Assembly: GCF_009914755.1 (NCBI RefSeq)
Contig: NC_060932.1
Length of the DNA: 64,000 bases
Source: the human T2T-CHM13v2.0 reference genome, Homo sapiens
Direction: 5' to 3' (one strand)
In this document: piece after piece, positions 1 to 13,859 of the stretch
How positions within the stretch are numbered: position 1 is the first letter of the stretch
Layout: the number at the start of each line of letters is the position of its first letter
The notes under the pieces: generated by a model
Seen by the model: the letters and a program-made list of their open reading frames with translations, nothing else
What the model was told of the DNA's origin: nothing
Databases searched by the model: none
Program-made: the position numbers and the translations under genes

Positions 1-1720
1 CTACTTCCCCTAGGAATAGGAGTGGCAGAGAATTGGCTCTCAGTCACCAAATCTCAGTATCCTACATACAGAATAAAGTGCCTTGCTTTAGAGCAAAGAC
101 TTGGTCAATTAGCATTAGATAAATTTTCTGTGTTTCCAAAGGTAGAAATATTCTCACCATCCTCCCACTTTAATCAAGCCACCAATTGCCATTTTACCTA
201 TTTAATTACAGGCTTCCTTTTGAAAGGTTGGCTGCTGAGGAATTAGTTTCCAGGGTCACTGAACCCCTGTGAGCAGCCTCGCCTCTGAATGCCACAGAGG
301 GTGCTCATTCTCAATTCAAAGGCTTGTCTACTTAGATCTCTGCTTCAAGCTCTGGATGTAGTCAGCCTACAAAACATTGCTCAGAAAGAAAGTTACAAGT
401 GCTTGATCAGCCCCTGTGAGGATATTGAATTCAGTTCTTATTTTTAATCATGTTTAAAGGTGGGATCTCTTCATTTGTTATGATAAAACCCATCTTTCAT
501 TCTGAAAAGTAAATCAAAGCAAGAACAAAACAGTGTAATCAGTGCCTCTGATGGTTTATACAGGATATGGAGATATTTCAGAATTGTAAATATGAATGTG
601 AATTTTTGTATCAGTGTAAACTGATACTGATACTAAGAAAAATTTCCCCCTTCCATTGTCAAAGAGAAGAGAGTTAAAGTTGTTTCTCTCTATCATTGTT
701 CTTTTCTTCTGACATAAGCAGTTGTTTTAGCCTCTGAAGACTCTGGTAGATATGCATAAACTGATCTGGGTTTCATTCTATTTCACAAATCAATGAACAA
801 AGCTGTCCTCCTGAAAAATTATTGAAAGCTCTTCATTACAAATGACAATGAAGGAAACTAGAAGAACCAGATGAAGTTCTAAATCCTAAGTGGGTTTTCT
901 GAGCATCAGAATAGGCTGAGGTAAAATAAATAAATAAAAAATAAAGCCAACTCTGTTTGACTTGCAAATTTGTTATGAAATACATATGGAATGCTTCAAT
1001 GCTGGCTTAACCAGCCCTTCTTCTCTGAAATAATAGTGCAAATTTATTTAGCTTCTTTCCTCCTTGAAGATTCTCAAACATTCTATAAGTTATGAGTAGA
1101 GATGTTCCCTAGAGAGATAGAAAAAGAACATAGCAGAAAGGGGCAGTAAACATTTCCAGCCCTTCAATGATGTTAGAAACTATTTGAATTCAGGATAGTG
1201 ACAATATTCCTTCCTCCAACATATGTATTAGACAGTTTCCCAGGTTTTATAGTTGAATAGTACATGTTGGAATAGTGAGTCACCATACAAAAAAAGTCTT
1301 TATTTAGAATTTTTTGGTAAAAAGGAAGAAAAAACATTTTTTTATATTATTAAAAAAGGGAACAGTTTTCTAAAAAGTGACTACTCTTTGACACTATCTA
1401 ATTTGAAAGAGTTTTGAAAACATTTTGGCACATTTCAATATTTCAGTTGGATTGGAGAAGACATTCTTCAATTAGTAAACATTTATTTCAGAGCCTTCCC
1501 CAAGAGAAAGAGTTGCTCCCTCACTTTGTTTTCTTTTTCTTTAGGAATCTAAGGGAGTGATACATCTTTCTGTCTTATAATCTCTGTAGATCCAAATTCA
1601 CAAATATTTAGCCTATGGAATTCAGCACTATGTTTTGTGTTTTGCTCAAATTGGATTTCAGTGAGCTTTTCTAGAACAAGTTGGATCTTTATCTCCTTCC
1701 TTTCCTGGACTTGAAGGCTT

Positions 1721-2539
1721 TGTAATCACCCAATTGGGTTCTTCTTGCCTTCTGCCCAGAAAAAGCTAATACACTGAGAACAGCAGGAATGTTTGCAGTA
1801 AAGAAAGAGTTTAATGATCACAGGGCCAGCCAAGTGGAAGGACAGGAGATAATTCTCAAATCTGCCTCTCCAAGAATTTGGGGACTAGGGGTTTTCAAGG
1901 ATAGCTTGGCAGTCAGAGGACTAGGGAATGAGGATTGCTGATGAGGTGGGTCTGGGATGAAATCATAGGGGGTTGACACTGTCTTATTGTGCTGAGTCAG
2001 TTACTGGTTGGGGGTTACAACTACAAGATGTTAGTTGGTCCGTATAGAATGCAAGGTCTGAAAAATGTCTCAAACACTAGTCTTAAAGTATTTACAGTAG
2101 TGATGTTATCCATAGGGGCAACTGAGGAAGTTAATCTTGTGACTATTGGCTGTGAGACTCCTGAGTAGTAAGTAGTTTTAAAAAAGCAAGTTATAAAACA
2201 ATGACTTCTTAAGAGTTTATGTCAACAAAAGAAACAATGGCTGGTTAGAGTTTCCACTATGCCTACAGCTTAGCAGAATTCAGGCTCCTACCTATCCCAA
2301 TTCTAACCTTGTGGCCCTTCTTTTGTTTTACAAAGGTGGTTTTAGCCTCTGAGCAAGGAGAAGGTTAGTGTTTGGATAGGACCGTTATCATCTTTGTTTT
2401 AGACTTAAACTACAAATGAAATTCCTCCAATAGTTAACTAAGAATGAGCAAAGACAGTTATCTTGCAAGGTTAGAAGTAAGACTGAGTCAGTTATGTTAG
2501 ATTTTCCCCACTGTCATAAGTTTCATAAAAGTGGTTTCA
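1721..2539 (-). mobile_element. ERV1 solo LTR, LTR8/LTR8A-like
   Basis: TG...CA termini. The minus strand begins TGAAACCACTTTTATGAAACTTATGACAGTGGGGAAAATCTAAC, like the LTR8 family. Flanks gctt/gcat fit a 4-bp TSD with one mismatch. Confidence 0.85.
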
Positions 2540-4593
2540 GCATTGCTTTGGGTTCTTAGATCACTCTTAGCTCCTGCTGGCCTGGGACACTCTACATATA
2601 CTTTTAAGGAACTCTATCAACTACTGCATTATGTAAAAGCATGGAGTTAATTTAGTTTTGGTATTCTTTATTTCAAGGATTTATAACATTTACATTTTGG
2701 AAACATAATAATGAGAAAGACACTCCCTGACCTCAGTGTGCTTACATACTACCAGGCAAAAAATTAATACATGATATTAATAAAATACTTTAAAGAAAAT
2801 ACATAAGATGGTCATAAGCAAAGCAGCGTAAGGATTTACAGGGAAACTGTTCTTCTGATCAAGGTAATTAGTAATTAACACTTCAGCTAGACATGTAGGC
2901 AACATATTTGAGTCGGATCATTCAATGGTAACTCTAAATTTAGATACAATAGGCAAGATGTTCCTGGAATTAGGTAGTTGTGAAGAGTTATTCCCATATC
3001 TAAATTTCCTGCCATAAATTCATGAGAGAGTACCACAAAGAGATTGCTACCCAGAGCATCCCATTTTTTTAAATGTTAGGCTTTAATAATCATAAATAAG
3101 CCAATGATTAAGTACAAAGAAATAAGCAACTGAGAAATTCTCTAAGATGGAGCCAGGCTAACGCAAAGCATCATTCTGATTGAGCAAGGTGATGCTGGAT
3201 ACTCCTCACTCTACTCACCCAACGTTCAATTCCAAGAAGACTCTGTGGGGCAGGCCAGGCAAAGTTGGTGCAGCCTCTGCCTATTCATTCCTGCTGATTC
3301 ACGAACCCCAAACAATGCCTATGTCTTTTCTGAGTAGTCCAGGGTTTGCTGCAACCCTAGTATAAATATTCCAAGACAGCTCTGATTCTCTAATAAATGT
3401 AAGTAAATAGATTCTGGTCTATAAGATGTGATTTATGAAACATACAAATCTTTCCTTGCAAAACTATTATTTTCTCATCATTTTCCCCCATGCCTGAAAT
3501 TACATACCTTAAGGAATAATCTTTTAATTTAGAGATAAATTCATTATAGGTTGACATACATATATTTCAAATAGGTTCCCTATTAAATCTAATCAGCAAC
3601 TCACACCTAAGTGTAAATTAATTTAATTAGATATACTCAGAGAAAAATTTAATGCAAACTAAAAGAAAGGAAGAAATAACATTTGTTAGGACTAGGCAAT
3701 TAAATACATTTTTTCAAGTAGCCCATAAACCTAGTGGATTCTGCATCATTATTAAAAAGGACTCTGGAGTTCAAACTGGCTCAAGTTAACCCTGCTAGTA
3801 GCAAAAGCAATATATATCCAGTTCTGTGTCAATATAAGTTAAATACACTTGAAGAAGAGAAAGTAGGAAGAAGAGGAAGAGGAAGAGGGAGAGAGGAGGA
3901 GTCAGAGGATTCAGAGATCAGTGTTGCCAAAATTTTTGTTTACATTCTATATGCATGCAACATACCCTGTTGTAAGAGTACCCTTGAATAAAATACATAA
4001 GTAAAATTTATTTCTGTGCAATAGTACCTAAGGGAAATGATTATAAGCTGTGTTTTGATTACATGTGATGCAATATGAACATCTGTATCACATGTAGATA
4101 GATAAATGTGAGTGATAAAGGCTAAACAAAAAATATAAAATAGCAAACAGCAACAGTATTTTTTTCCTTGCAATCTCACTCTCTTATGAGTAAATAAAAC
4201 AAAAAGAATATTCATAGGTTTTCACTTCAGGGACTATAAAGATGCCAGTGACTGGTTGATTCTATCATTTAGAGTAGCCATAGGTAGGCAGTAGCTTGAG
4301 TTTACCATTCAGATAAATGGTAGATATTGTGCAACTGCTCAGAATAAAGCCGTTCAGAAACAGTTCTGAAAAGTAAATTTGGGGGAGCATATTTCCAAAT
4401 GTATTAGTGTGCTGGCTTTTGGTCATAGAGTTGAAAGATCTCCAAAATAGAGCAGCATTTCATTGTCCTCTATACATATGTGCTATTTAAGACCTAGGTA
4501 ATAATGCTAGATTAAAAGCATAAAAACCACCAGCCTGGCATTTTCCAGGGTGTTATATGTATACTTCTGGTGTTATAGGAAATGATTGTTTTT

Positions 4594-4683
4594 TGGTGGT
4601 GGTGGTGGGATGTGTTTGTGTGTGTGTGTGTGTGCATGTGTATGTGTATATGTAAGTATATATATATATATGCACACACACAT
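4594..4683. repeat. Compound microsatellite (GGT)n/(TG)n/(TA)n/(CA)n
   Basis: Directly visible tandem units. Confidence 0.9.
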
Positions 4684-4899
4684 ATCTGAAGAGTTCATTA
4701 TTGTAGTAAATAATAAATAGACCTTGTTTAAAAGGAATATTCTATAAGGTAAGACTAAGTTCATTTAAGTATTGAACCTTTGTGAGTTGATTAAAAATAT
4801 TACATTAGTAGTGTAGGTGGTATCCAGATGTGACAAAAATTGTGATATTAAAACATGAATTAAATTTGAAGAAAAATAGCATCATCCTAGACAACAAGC

Positions 4900-5002
4900 T
4901 ATCGGAGGGCAGGGAACTTATCCTTTTTCTTGTGCCATATTTGCAGTCCTTTGTATAAAGCCTAGCACATAGTTGATGTTCAATAAATTTTGAATGAATT
5001 AA
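4900..5002 (+). mobile_element. L2 3' end fragment
   Basis: cctagcacatagttgatgttcaataaattttgaatgaat resembles the L2 3' terminus. Confidence 0.6.
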
Positions 5003-5578
5003 TACTAAATGAATACTAATTAAAGTTAACTTTGCCTCTACCGTGAGTTTGTGGAAATTGTTTATTCCTTCTGAACTGTCAAGCATCAATCTATTGACAG
5101 AAAATGATAATTACAGTCCTCCAATTTCACAAGGCTATTGTAAAATGCAAATACAATAACATAAATAAAAGTACCTTGCAAACTGCTGAACATCATACAA
5201 AATAAAGATAATTTTATATTGTTTGTAATTCACATGTCATAGGTTGACAACCTAGGTAAATGACTTACTATACCATTTCTCTTAGTGTTAGAGACCACAA
5301 ATGTGTCATGAAAAAATTCAATACTCCTAGGGGCATGTTAGACATTTTTATCTAAGTGCTGCAAGAAATGTATCCTGGTCCCTGGTGTTTTATCCAACCA
5401 CACAAAGTTTTTTGTTTTAGAAGAAAATGAACTTAAATAACTTAGCTACGTGCATCATACACACATGAAATGCACAATTAGCTATGAGCATTATAGGAGA
5501 GACTTGCAGTGTTCGTAATAATTGTCATTATGGAAAATTGCTCATGTACAGCTGGATTGTCTCCATCACGTAGCCTTG

Positions 5579-6437
5579 GTGTGGTAAATTAAAGGCAACC
5601 ACAAATTCTTTGTTACCCTTCTCATTGAGAAGTGGACTCTAATTCCTCTTCTCTTCAACCAGGACTGGCCTTAGCGAATTCTTTGACCAATAGAATATGG
5701 AGCTAGCTTCTGGTGCCAAGCCTTAAGAGACCATAAGCTTCCACTTCCTATGTCTAAAAATGCTTTCTCTGGAAGTCCTGAGCCATCCACCATGTGACAC
5801 TATGATGCCCCTAAGACTGCTGTCTGTAGAGGCCATTTATAAACTCTGATAGACAGTTCTGGCTGAGCCCAGCCTGACGGCTATCCTTAACAAAAACCCA
5901 GCCATGAGTGTCAAGTTGTCTTGGACCTTCCAGATCAGGCTCATATTCTGCCAGCTGAATAGTCAGGTACCTCTGTCAACATTGTGTAGAACTGAAAAGT
6001 TCTCCAACCCTTCTTTTATTTGATTTCATTTTATTTATTTTATTTTTTGAGATGGAGTCTCACTCTGTTGCCCAGACTGGAGTGCAGTGGCGCCATCTTG
6101 GCTCACTGCAACCTCTGCCTCCTGGTTCAAGTGATTCTCCTGCCTCAGGAGAATGATTCTCAAGTAGCTGGAACTACAGGCAGGTGCCACCACACCTGGC
6201 TAATTTTTGTATTTTTAGTGGAGATGGGGATTCTCCATGTTGGCCAGACTGGTCTCAAACTCCTGACCTCAAGTGATCCACCCACCTAGGCCTCCCAAAG
6301 TGCTGGGATTACAAACATAAGCCACTGTGCCCGGCATCCCTTCTTGATTCCTGACCCACAAAATTGTGAAATAAAATTAAGAGGTTGTTTTATTTTATCA
6401 GGGGTAATTTGTTATACAATAATAGAAGGCAAGAACA
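5579..6437 (+). mobile_element. MaLR LTR (MLT1F/G/H-like), interrupted by an Alu
   Basis: Starts tgtggt, contains ctttgaccaatagaatatgg, and ends gggtaatttgttatacaataatagaaggcaagaaca, all typical of MLT1. Confidence 0.75.
6016..6335 (-). mobile_element. AluS (Sx/Sz-like)
   Basis: Full dimer with T-rich tail. Approximate TSD a(a/t)cccttctt at 6006-6015 and 6336-6345. Confidence 0.95.
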
Positions 6438-8399
6438 CTCAGCTCACAGTCCACAAGATTTTCTTCCTCCATAATAATTCCATATAATGTGTGTGCTATG
6501 TATATTTGCAAAAGATCTCTTATTTGCTACTTTTGTATTTCTTATATCCTCAATTCATACAAATAAATCAATGGATTGTGGAAATACAGAGATAGTAAAG
6601 TAGTAATTTTAATGAAAACATTACAGCTTCAAAAATAACATTAGAATGAATATAGAAGGAAATTCCAATGCAAACACAAGGTTTTATGTACTAAGGGTTT
6701 TATATACACAGGGTTTTTATGTACATAATTTTTTATGTACTGAGATAAATGAGTCTCTGAGTATGATATGTAATTGGAAAAAAGAGGTAAAATTGAAAGT
6801 ATAAAAACAAATATTTTAAAATTCAGACTGGTGTGTTCACTGTCAAGAAATTTTGTCAAATGGTAGCATAGAATTTACTGAGTCTTTTGTGTTATTTTCA
6901 AACAAATCAAAGTAACAACTCTAGTAATCCAAATTAGTTTTTCTTTAACAAGTGAAAAACAATGCTTTCAAGTAAAAATTATGGCCCTGAAGCATCACTC
7001 AAAATTGCTGTCTTTGTAACTACAATGAGATTTAACTCACAATGAAACAGAGAAGATTGTAATATCACCTGAAACTTATTAACAAACATCATGCTTTGCA
7101 CCTTATCCTTAAAATTCCATTTCAAGTGACAATAATGGATACTACATAATAGCAATGTCATATAGTATAGAAATCCAATTACTGGTTTGTGAATTTCTGC
7201 CAACAGAGCAGACAGTTGACCTTATATTTAGATAAATTAAAGTACAAAAAATGAATCAGTGTGATGCCTTAAGTGATACTCCTATAAAAGAGATGCTCAA
7301 CAACTATGTCCTTTTTATCATTGATAGTACAAACTATAGGGGAAAATAGTTTTGGTTTACTTTATCATTATTTTGTAAACCATGATGTAGGCTCCTACCA
7401 TTTCATTAGGCTGAGCAGAGACTGTGTAGGTATGTACCTGCTCTGCGTGGTATGTGCTGCTAGGGAATAAACGCTGCTTTACTCACAAAGAAATGTGGTG
7501 GTTGATGATACTGCTTCCTGATGTCTATTCATCATGGGCACGAACACTAAGCATTGGGATTAAGATTGAGTTTTAGCTATTAAGAATTAGTACTTTTATC
7601 ATGTTGTTTGAAGAAACATTCCACAGTTTTGCTATACTGACCATTTAGGGAATGTTGGTTACATGTAAACTGAAAAATTAAGAGATTTCAAAGATTTATT
7701 ATTAATTTTGATAGCTCAGTAGTTTTATTTCAGGTGGCTTAGTCAAGTGATAATATATTCAGATTTTAAATTATGAATCAGTCACTTTACAGGCAAAAGA
7801 AAGCAAGTTTTTAACTTTAAGGCAATATAAGGATTTAATAAGACTGAATTAATTATTGTGGAAATAATTGAGTTAAGTTTTTTGACGTTTTTATTTAGTT
7901 ACTAAGAAAAAAAATATGCCCATAATACAGTAGAAATCTCTCTCTACAGTTTCTTCCCAAATTGAAACATTCAAAATTCTCCTTTTGAAAGCAAATACTT
8001 ATGGCATTGTCATCTGACAGCATCCTGAGATTAGACTTCATGAAAAAAATTACTTCAAATTTCAAGGCCTATTTCAAATCAAATATTCAAAATTAACTGT
8101 CAGTGACTCACAAAGCTTATATCCATTCCAATATCTTTAATTATGTTGTGGGTTTCTTTTTTTACTTAGTATACATGGAATAAACACAGAAAACTAGATT
8201 TTGTATCTGACCAAAATATCACCTATTCATTATTGAGTCAAATATTTTATAGTTTTTTTGGTGAAATTTGGTGAACAATGTCACCCTTTTAGTGAAGCAA
8301 AATAAAATAAAAATTTTACTAATTTAATAAAAATTTTACTAATTTAAAACTCCCTGTTATTTTTATGGAAAGTAAGTCACATTCCTTCAGGAAAAGGCA

Positions 8400-8910
<511 letters not shown>

Positions 8911-9825
8911 GAATCTATTTTAAAGTGATACAGAATGAGGTGTTCATATTTGCATTAAACTGTCATTGATTTGTCTGAAATATTGAAATATAATTTTTCT
9001 TTTCTTTCTTTTTTTTTTTACAATAGATTTGAGTCTTTATCTCCTTATTCAGGCTATCATGAAATCCTAGAGTTTAGGTGGAAGGGAATGAGAAAAGATA
9101 CCAGAAGCAATGAAAACAGAAGCAGAGCCATGAAACTCATGGAATACTTGGAAGGCATGCCTGCTCTGCTGAACTAAATATAGTGAAGTTCTTCTCAGCA
9201 CTGACGCCCAGGTGCAAATACGCACATCTGGATTTGATAGCAACATGCTCACAGAAAGACACCAAGAAGCAGTGGATAAAATATTCTGTTATTACACACA
9301 GAATATTTTACAAAATATTCTGTCTTTATGTGAAAGTTGCCTAGTATTTCTTCCTGGAATGTCATTCTCTTTAGTATTCACTATTTAAATGTATTATTTC
9401 CTTAGATAAAAACCAGGAGACTAATGATTTAAGTCCCTTTTGTCTTTCCTTCCTTCCTCGATATTCTTCTCATAAAAGAATATTTACTTAAAAAGTGCTT
9501 CAGGTACTAAAGCAATTGGTCAGACCTTCGAATTACTTCCCTCACAATTGAATTTAAAGCATCTGTTGCAAGCAACATAACAATCGTCATAGTAAGAAAG
9601 GAGCTGTGGAGAGACAGGAGATTAAGAATCATAAGGTCTCCATGCTAAACCCAGTTCTGTCATTTATGGGATGACCTTGGGTGACAATGATTATGATGAT
9701 GATCATGACGCTGATTTCTTACTCCCAAATCCAAGAACACTGAGATTGGGTTTGAAGATACTGGACCTGAAAATAATAGACTTTGCTCAGTTTAATGCAC
9801 AGGATTATTAAACATGAAGAAAGTC

Positions 9826-9955
9826 ACGGGTTCTGGAAATGGATACTGGTGATGACTACATAACACTGCGAAAATATTTAGTGCCACTGAATCGGACACT
9901 TAGCCATGGTTAAAATGGTAAGTTTTATGTATATTTTGCCACAATAGAAAAAAAG
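9826..9955 (+). mobile_element. L1MB-like 3' terminal fragment
   Basis: gttctggaaatggatactggtgatg...gccactgaat...atggttaaaatggtaagttttatgtatattttgccacaat, then an A tail. Confidence 0.8.
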
Positions 9956-11039
9956 ATATGAAAACAGCATAGGTAAAGAATATACCTAATGCAAGCCTGT
10001 TTCTCAGGTGACCCCTTTTATTCTTTATGAACACTTATTCCAGGTGGAACCATGAAAATAGTCAGCAACTTCAGGAATCTGCCACACCTGAGAAGCCCTC
10101 CAAGAAAGCATCTTGAGTTTTATCCTCCCCTGTGCAGAAGGGCTGTCTCAATGCCCAAACACAATTTCTAGCAAGTAAGACCATAAGTTTGCCACGAGGT
10201 CAGCCACATCCCCCAGGCCTAATGTCCTGGTAACAGGGCTGGAAAATTCCTGCTGCATCAAAGTTGTTCAATCTCCTTTTCATTATCTTTGCTGCTCATT
10301 GAGAAACCTTATGTTGCTTGTGTCTATGTGGCAAAACCTGGGAATTTTCACTGATGTTCATGTCAGCTTGTCCACAGTCAGGCATGATACACACACGCAA
10401 ATAAAACCATTATAGTGGTATGAGCTCCTTCTCCTGTCTAAAATTTTCTTCTATGTGAAGGGAGCTTCATTATTATAACATTCTTGGTTCTTCATGTACT
10501 TCTTTTCAAGAGCAGTAGCTTAATCAGATTATTGTGTTTGGAAAAATAGATGAGGCATAAGTAGCCCAGCTTCTTGCTAATTCCTTATTCTTGGAAGCAG
10601 CTTTGCTCACATAGATTATGCATTATCTTTTGCTCCTTCATATTGTCTGTTTTATAGGGACCTGCCTCTAGGTGGAGAGATGTCTGAGAGCCTGAGACTG
10701 GATAATTCTGTCTAGTTTCAGGGAGCACTGTTGGCTGTGTGTGTGTGTGTGTGCAACATTCTTCAATATCAGCTTATTCAGTAAATAAAGGCAGGATTTT
10801 ATCCTTCCCCCAACCCCCCTATTCTCACTCCATTTGTTTTATTTCCAAGTTAGTTCAGAACTTAGGCAGACAAGACAGATGCTATTTACTGAGCCTATCA
10901 AAACACCCCAACATCTGCTGCATGAATTAATGAGTTTGAAAAAGAGACAATGAATAAAATGTGGAAGGCCAGAACATAGGAGAAGTAATTGAGGCTTCTT
11001 ATGTGCCTTGAGAGGGGAAGTTGAACTTTGGAGTTGCTT

Positions 11040-11500
11040 CATTAAAACAAATTGAGGATTCAGCTGATGACGTGCAGGCCTTTCTCTTCTTGAACAAAGG
11101 CCTCAGCAACGGCGCAGACCTCAGAAGGCTGATCGTCTTAGCAAAGATTTGGGCCATACAAAACAGTGAGCACGCTTCAGCAAGGGGATTGGACTTTAGC
11201 AAAGATTTCAGAGTCCAGACCTCAGCCAAAATGCTGGCTTCAGGTCTTAAGAGCATTATCCAAACACCAGCTGGCCCTGACTGTATCAGCAAAGGCTGGG
11301 CCATTTGCATGTGCAGGCCACCTGGGGGCTACAGCAAGGTTTTGTGGGAAGTGGGGTCTCTGCTCATCTCTGCTGCTCACAGAGGCCTTATAAACAGGCT
11401 CAGGTTTTCGATTAGACAGAAAAGAGAGTTTTACTGGCCTTTTTAACTTTGTAGGAAAAGCAATGTTTGATGCTTTTAAACTGCAAAGCAGCTGACGTCT
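11040..11500. promoter_or_regulatory. Candidate enhancer (motif-dense, CpG-retaining, no recognisable repeat)
   Basis: Six YAGCAA, CAGCTG at 11061, 11268 and 11489, TGACGT at 11068 and 11493, octamer ATTTGCAT at 11303, SOX-like AACAAAG at 11093. Based on motifs only. Confidence 0.4.
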
Positions 11501-12294
11501 ACAGAATACTGGTGAGGTTCTTGCTTTAAATTGTTAATGCCAACTGGAGTGTTTATAAGTGAAATAACAAGGTGTTTTGTTTTGTTTTCAAATAAACAGG
11601 AACAGTATCAGCATAAGGGCAGGAATTGATCCAACTAGATTTTTTTAAAAGTTTATACTTGTGGATGCAAGGAAATTGATGAATGGAAGTTAACTATATG
11701 CTTCTCTCTGCTTTTGTGAATTTTAATGCCAGGCCTAGGCACATGGTCCTAGACACTATGTCCCAAGTTGCTTTCTGCATTTTAGAGAAATGCATATTGT
11801 GGGCAGTTCACGTGGATTAAAATGGCTTGTTCACATGGTCTCAAGAATGATCTCTATAAGTTAAGTACATGGAATTTAAACTAACAGCATGGCTATTCAC
11901 TAGCAATATTTAAATCTGTTACCATACAGTGTCCACCCTCAGTATGTCACTGGATTGACAAAGCTCTGGTGCTCAAAGGAGGAATTAAAATTTGAATATG
12001 CTGAATGAAAAAAAGAAGACACCTAAAATAACTATCTCATCTCTGATGGGCTTCATTGGTCAATAAAATTTGACGTAATTTTGGGAATATCAAATAACAT
12101 AGAGATCAAGTTTTCAGCTGTGGGTCTGTTGTTAATTTAATAATTGATTTTTGTGAACTACCTAGCTTAAGGGAAAAATCTACCCTGCATATAAACAGCC
12201 CCAGGAGAACACTTAAAAGATTTGTACTTGCTTTATGTTGCAGGGTAGTTTTATGAAACTGGGAGCACTTGTCTCCTGATAAAACACTGATCTT

Positions 12295-13296
12295 CTCAAA
12301 AAAGACAAAGAAGGACAGGTTCTGTACAGCAAAAGAAACTATCAACAGAGTAAACAGACAACCTACAAAACAAGAGAAAAAATACTTGCAAACCATGCAT
12401 CTGACAAAGGTCTAATATCCAGTCTTTAAGGAACTTAAACAAATTAACAAACAAAAAATAAACACCTCCATTTAAAAGTGGGCAAAAAACATGAACAGAC
12501 ACTTGTCAAAATAAGACATTCACGTGACCAAGAAGCAAATAAAAATAAGCTCAACATTACTAAGCATTAGAAAAATACAAATTGAAGCCCCAGGGAGACA
12601 CCATCTCACACGAGTCAGAATGGCTCTTAATAACATGTAAAAAAATAACAGATGCTGGTGAGGTTGAGGAAAAAAAGGAATACTTACTTATACACTGCTG
12701 GTGGGAGTGTAAATTAGTCCAGCCATTGTGGAAAGCAGTGTGATAAGTTTCTCAACTTAAAAGAGAACTACCATTTGACCCAGCAATCCCAATATTGGGT
12801 ATATACCGTTAAGTTGTTTTACCATAAAGACACATGCACGCATATGTTCATCACTATTCACAATAGCAAAGACATAGAATCAACCTAAATGCCCATCAAC
12901 AGTAAATTGGATACAGAAAATGTGGTACATATATACCATAGAATACTATGCAGCCACAAAGAAAGCCAAGATTGTGTCCTCTGCAGCAGCATGGATGAAG
13001 CTGGAGGCCATTAACCTAAGTGAACAAATGTAGGAACAGAAAAATAAATGCTGCATATTCTCACTTTTAAGTGGGAGCTAAATACTCGGTACACACGGAC
13101 ACAAAGACGGGATCAGCAGACATCAGGTGGAGGATGGGAGGAGGGTCAGGATCGAAAAACTACTTATCAGGTACTAAGCTTATTACCTCAGTGACAAAAT
13201 AATCTGCACACTAAACCTTCATGACTTGCAACTTACTTACATAAGAAACCTGCACATCTGCCCCAAATTTAAAATAAACGTTAGCAAAACAGCAAC
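12295..13296 (+). mobile_element. 5'-truncated L1 (L1PA15/16-like): ORF2 C-terminus and 3' UTR
   Basis: L1 ORF2 C-terminal and 3' UTR sequence. Perfect 14-bp TSD aaaacactgatctt at 12281-12294 and 13297-13310. Confidence 0.92.
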
Positions 13297-13306
13297 AAAA
13301 CACTGA

Positions 13307-13822
<516 letters not shown>

Positions 13823-13859
13823 TAATCTCTTTAATTAGTTGGAAAAAGAACCTGGACAC

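Noticed and set aside
608-627. 8-bp stem gtatcagt/actgatac
   Set aside because: Short, and there is no consensus to show it is an insertion. Chance cannot be excluded.
7405-7500. Possible splice donor taggtatgt and nearby AATAAA
   Set aside because: Isolated motifs are expected by chance, and there is no supportable exon.
8306-8345. 20-bp perfect tandem duplication; similar short ones near 14084, 29222, 39532, 50340 and 52269
   Set aside because: Ordinary slippage duplications.
11021-11446. 141-aa ORF (+) overlapping a 103-aa ORF (-) in non-repeat DNA
   Set aside because: The + ORF starts at TTG, neither peptide resembles a family I recognise, and no exon structure is evident. Locally higher GC lowers stop frequency.
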